Part shown: positions 60,778 to 64,000 of the stretch, piece after piece
How the letters are laid out: each line of letters starts with the position of its first letter
How positions within the stretch are numbered: the stretch's first letter is position 1
Assembly (NCBI GenBank): GCA_034189385.1
Contig: JAXHVD010000016.1
Span: 38,735 to 102,734, forward strand
Direction: 5' to 3'
Source of the DNA: Thermodesulfobacteriota bacterium
Lineage (GTDB): Bacteria; Desulfobacterota; Desulfobacteria; Desulfobacterales; C00003060
Length of the DNA: 64,000 bases
Position numbers and translations under genes: made by a program
Notes under the pieces: generated by a model
The model's database searches: none
What the model saw: the letters and a program-made list of their open reading frames with translations, nothing else
What the model was told of the DNA's origin: nothing

Positions 60778-62340
60778 ATGGACACTACTTCATATATATT
60801 CTTGAGCATCATCATCTTTGCGGCAGGGGGTCTCCTTTCCTTCTGGATTCGAAGCAGGCTCACATCAGGCAAAATACGGGCTGCTCAGCACCAAGCAGAT
60901 GAGACCATCGAGCAGGCCCGCAAGGAGGCCAAAACTGTTTTAAAGGAGGCTGAACTTCACGCAAAAGACGAGCTCTATCAAATGAAGGTTGATTTTGAGC
61001 GTGAGACGAAAGAGATACGAAACGAAATAAAGACCCGAGAAAGGCGTCTTAGTCAAAAAGAAGAAGGTTTGGACAAAAAATCAGATCAATTGGAGCGACG
61101 GGATGCCAGTGCTTCCAAGAAAGAGCGATACTTAGCCAACAAAGAAGAAACACTAAGGGATGAGGAGGTCAAGTATCAGGCGTTGATCGAAGAGCAGAAA
61201 ATGCAGCTGGAGAAAATCTCGGGCCTAACAGCAGATGAGGCCAAAAACCTACTGATCAAGGCCATGGAAAATGAGGCCCGTTACGAAGCGGCAAAGCTCA
61301 TAAAGCGGATTCAGAACGAAAGTCAAGAACAAGCCGACCGAAAGGCAAAGAAGATTATTGCCACGGCCATCCAGCGATATGCAGGAGATTATGTTACGGA
61401 GAGGACCGTATCGGTGGTGAATCTGCCCAGCGATGAGATGAAAGGCCGAATCATCGGTCGGGAAGGGCGCAATATCAGGGCCCTTGAAGCCGCCACAGGC
61501 GTGGACCTTATCATAGATGATACGCCGGAGGCTGTGATTCTGTCGGGATTTAACCCTATCAGACGGGAGGTGGCCAAGCTGTCCCTCCAGCGGCTCATCA
61601 ATGATGGCCGGATTCACCCTGCGAGAATAGAAGAGACGGTAAAAAAGGTCTCCAAGGAGATGGACACCGAGATTCGAGAGGCCGGGGAGCAGGCGGCCTT
61701 TGACCTGAGTGTCCACGGTATCCATCCCGAGCTGATTCAACTGATCGGGAAGTTGAAATATCGAACCAGTTATGGCCAAAACGTCCTGCGGCATTCCTTG
61801 GAAGTAGGTTTCTTATGTGGAATCATGGCGGCCGAATTGGGGCTAAACGTCAAGCAGGCAAAAAGGGTAGGACTGTTACATGACATCGGCAAGGCGGTAG
61901 ACCACGAAGTAGAAGGCCCACATGCGTTGATTGGAGCCAAACTGGCCAAGAAATATGGAGAGCCCCCCCGTGTAGTTCATGCCATTTCTGCCCACCATGA
62001 AGATGTGCCTCCCGCATCGGCTCTGGCAGTGCTGGTGCAGGCAGCCGATAGCCTGTCAGGGGCACGACCTGGGGCACGGAGAGAGACCCTTGAGAGCTAT
62101 GTAAAGCGACTGGAGGAGTTGGAAAAAATTGCAGAATCCTTTACAGGGATCAGCAAGTCCTATGCCATCCAAGCAGGACGGGAGTTACGCATTATTGTGG
62201 AAAGCGATAAGGTGTCAGACGGCGAATCTGTTTTGCTAAGTCATGATATCTCAAAGAAGATCGAAGAATCCCTGTCATACCCGGGACAGATCAAGGTGAC
62301 GGTGATTCGAGAAACCAGGGCGGTCGATTTTGCAAAATAG
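60778..62340 (+). CDS. rny: Ribonuclease Y
   Basis: N-terminal TM, coiled coil, KH ([12 protein letters not shown]), HD (LLHDIGK). Confidence 0.98.
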   Translation: MDTTSYIFLSIIIFAAGGLLSFWIRSRLTSGKIRAAQHQADETIEQARKEAKTVLKEAELHAKDELYQMKVDFERETKEIRNEIKTRERRLSQKEEGLDKKSDQLERRDASASKKERYLANKEETLRDEEVKYQALIEEQKMQLEKISGLTADEAKNLLIKAMENEARYEAAKLIKRIQNESQEQADRKAKKIIATAIQRYAGDYVTERTVSVVNLPSDEMKGRIIGREGRNIRALEAATGVDLIIDDTPEAVILSGFNPIRREVAKLSLQRLINDGRIHPARIEETVKKVSKEMDTEIREAGEQAAFDLSVHGIHPELIQLIGKLKYRTSYGQNVLRHSLEVGFLCGIMAAELGLNVKQAKRVGLLHDIGKAVDHEVEGPHALIGAKLAKKYGEPPRVVHAISAHHEDVPPASALAVLVQAADSLSGARPGARRETLESYVKRLEELEKIAESFTGISKSYAIQAGRELRIIVESDKVSDGESVLLSHDISKKIEESLSYPGQIKVTVIRETRAVDFAK

Positions 62341-62387
62341 GGCGCCTGTTGGTTTAGATGGGTGCCTAGTAAAGAAAGATCTGAGGC

Positions 62388-63671
62388 TTGCAGAGACTTT
62401 TTGACATATTACAACACCGGGGCTTTGTCGAGCAGACCACTGACGATGACGCCATCGGCGAGCTGTTGCAGGAACCTATCACCTGTTATATCGGCTTTGA
62501 TCCCACAGCGCCCAGTTTCCACGTAGGGAGCCTGGTTCCCATCATGGCACTGGCCCACATGCAACAGCATGGACACAGGCCGATTGCACTGGTTGGGGGC
62601 GGGACGGCTTTGGTGGGGGATCCGAGCGGAAAAACTGAGATGCGTCAGATGTTGACGGAGGGCCAGGTTAGTGAGAATGCCGAGGCCCTGAAGGGGCAGT
62701 TGTCCAGGTTTGTGGACTTTGAAAAGGATCAGGCTGTGCTGCTGAATAACGCAGACTGGCTCGCCAGGTTGGAATACATTCCCTTTCTAAGGGACATTGG
62801 GAGGCACTTCAGTGTGAACCGGATGCTGGCCAGTGAATCCTGTCGACTGCGCCTTGAGACAGGACTCAGTTTCATCGAATTCAACTATTCCCTGCTGCAG
62901 GCCTACGATTTTCTCCACCTCTATCAGACTGAAAACTGCATTCTTCAAATGGGAGGATCGGACCAGTGGGGAAATATCGTCGCTGGCATTGATCTGATCA
63001 GGCGGGTGGAACAGGGGGCTGCCTTTGGCATGACATTTCCCCTCATCACAACGAGTTCTGGAGACAAGATGGGAAAGACGGCCAAGGGGGCCGTGTGGCT
63101 CGACCCGACGCTCACCTCTCCCTATGATTATTACCAGTTCTGGATCAATACGGCAGATGCTGACACGATACGTTTTCTGTCTCTTTTCACATTTTTGCCA
63201 CAGCCTGAGATTGAGGCAATCAAAGACGTTGAGGGCGCTGATCTCAATGTGGTCAAGTCTATTCTGGCCTTTGAGGCCACTAGCATTGTCCATGGGCACG
63301 AAGAGGCCGCGAAGGCCGTCAACGCCTCCTGCGGCGTTTTCGGGGTACGTTCTATTGCTGCAGAGATCTTGCCTTCCAGTACCATCCCTCGGGACTCCTG
63401 TGAGAAAGAGCTGGAGGCTATCCCTACCACTCTCATAGGGCAAGATCGGCTCCACAAGGGGATTGCAGCATTTAAGTTGTTCTCAGAGGTTGCTCTGTGC
63501 GACAGCGGGGGCCACGCCAGGCGTCTCATCCAGCAGGGCGGGGGGTACCTAAACGGCAGGCGCATAGAATCGATCGACACCACGATCAGTGATAAGGACC
63601 TGAATGGAGGGGAGATCTTACTTCGAGCCGGCAAGAAGCGGTACCACCGGATCAAGGTAGGCACTGAGTGA
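62388..63671 (+). CDS. tyrS: Tyrosine--tRNA ligase
   Basis: GFDPTA..HVGS, GGSDQWGN, KMGKT, S4 domain. Confidence 0.98.
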   Translation: MQRLFDILQHRGFVEQTTDDDAIGELLQEPITCYIGFDPTAPSFHVGSLVPIMALAHMQQHGHRPIALVGGGTALVGDPSGKTEMRQMLTEGQVSENAEALKGQLSRFVDFEKDQAVLLNNADWLARLEYIPFLRDIGRHFSVNRMLASESCRLRLETGLSFIEFNYSLLQAYDFLHLYQTENCILQMGGSDQWGNIVAGIDLIRRVEQGAAFGMTFPLITTSSGDKMGKTAKGAVWLDPTLTSPYDYYQFWINTADADTIRFLSLFTFLPQPEIEAIKDVEGADLNVVKSILAFEATSIVHGHEEAAKAVNASCGVFGVRSIAAEILPSSTIPRDSCEKELEAIPTTLIGQDRLHKGIAAFKLFSEVALCDSGGHARRLIQQGGGYLNGRRIESIDTTISDKDLNGGEILLRAGKKRYHRIKVGTE

Positions 63672-63712
63672 CAAAATTTTATCGTGAAGGGCAAAAAAAG
63701 ACAAAAAAGATG

Positions 63713-63800
63713 TTGACAAACGCACTGGGTGGATATAATAAAAGGGACTTTTGCCGCGAGGCAAAAGGGGCTTGACAGGCCCGATACCGCATGGTAGATT
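63713..63800 (+). promoter_or_regulatory. Tandem rRNA promoters P1/P2
   Basis: A-rich UP element, TTGACA-N15-TATAAT (63713-63739) and TTGACA-N17-TAGATT (63772-63800). Confidence 0.75.
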
Positions 63801-63819
63801 CGGGCATCGTTAAGCACAC

Positions 63820-63832
63820 TGATCTTTGAAAA
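63820..63832 (+). promoter_or_regulatory. rrn antitermination boxA
   Basis: TGATCTTTGAAAA in the rRNA leader. Confidence 0.8.
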
Positions 63833-63886
63833 CTGAATAGCGAGCTTGTGATGAATCGGGCTCTCCGATGGTTTTTATGGCCAGTT

Positions 63887-64000
<114 letters not shown>

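Overview
Window from an anaerobic Desulfobacterota (Desulfobacterales-like) chromosome, judged from the 16S 5' end, the split ATP synthase operon and many sigma-54 regulators. Bases 1-12 kb (minus strand) hold part of a PEP-CTERM/exopolysaccharide locus: ExeA-type ATPase, chain-length determinant, outer-membrane beta-barrel, Wza-like exporter, two atypical sigma-54 activators, a 64-aa [DE]RR-repeat peptide, a PEP-CTERM protein, a receiver protein and a TPR lipoprotein. Next come yggS, maf and a REC-HD-GYP gene. A co-oriented cofactor cluster (14.8-26.7 kb, minus) encodes an OprP-like porin, a secreted diheme/molybdopterin-domain-like protein, an HTH-PBP regulator, tupABC, a hemD-hemE fusion, hemH and hemY. 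The remainder is mostly housekeeping: a hybrid kinase, topA, dprA, cpoB, yajC-secD-secF, purB, oadB/oadG, RNase E/G, an activase pair, atpF'FHAGDC, a half glmU, zapBA, 6S RNA, rny, tyrS and the start of 16S rRNA. Several palindromic MITE/REP-like elements lie in the spacers. The best candidates for undescribed biology are the tungsten/heme surface system, the arginine-repeat peptide (a possible c-di-GMP sponge) and a sigma-54-driven Cys-rich microprotein. All calls come from motif recognition; no searches were run.
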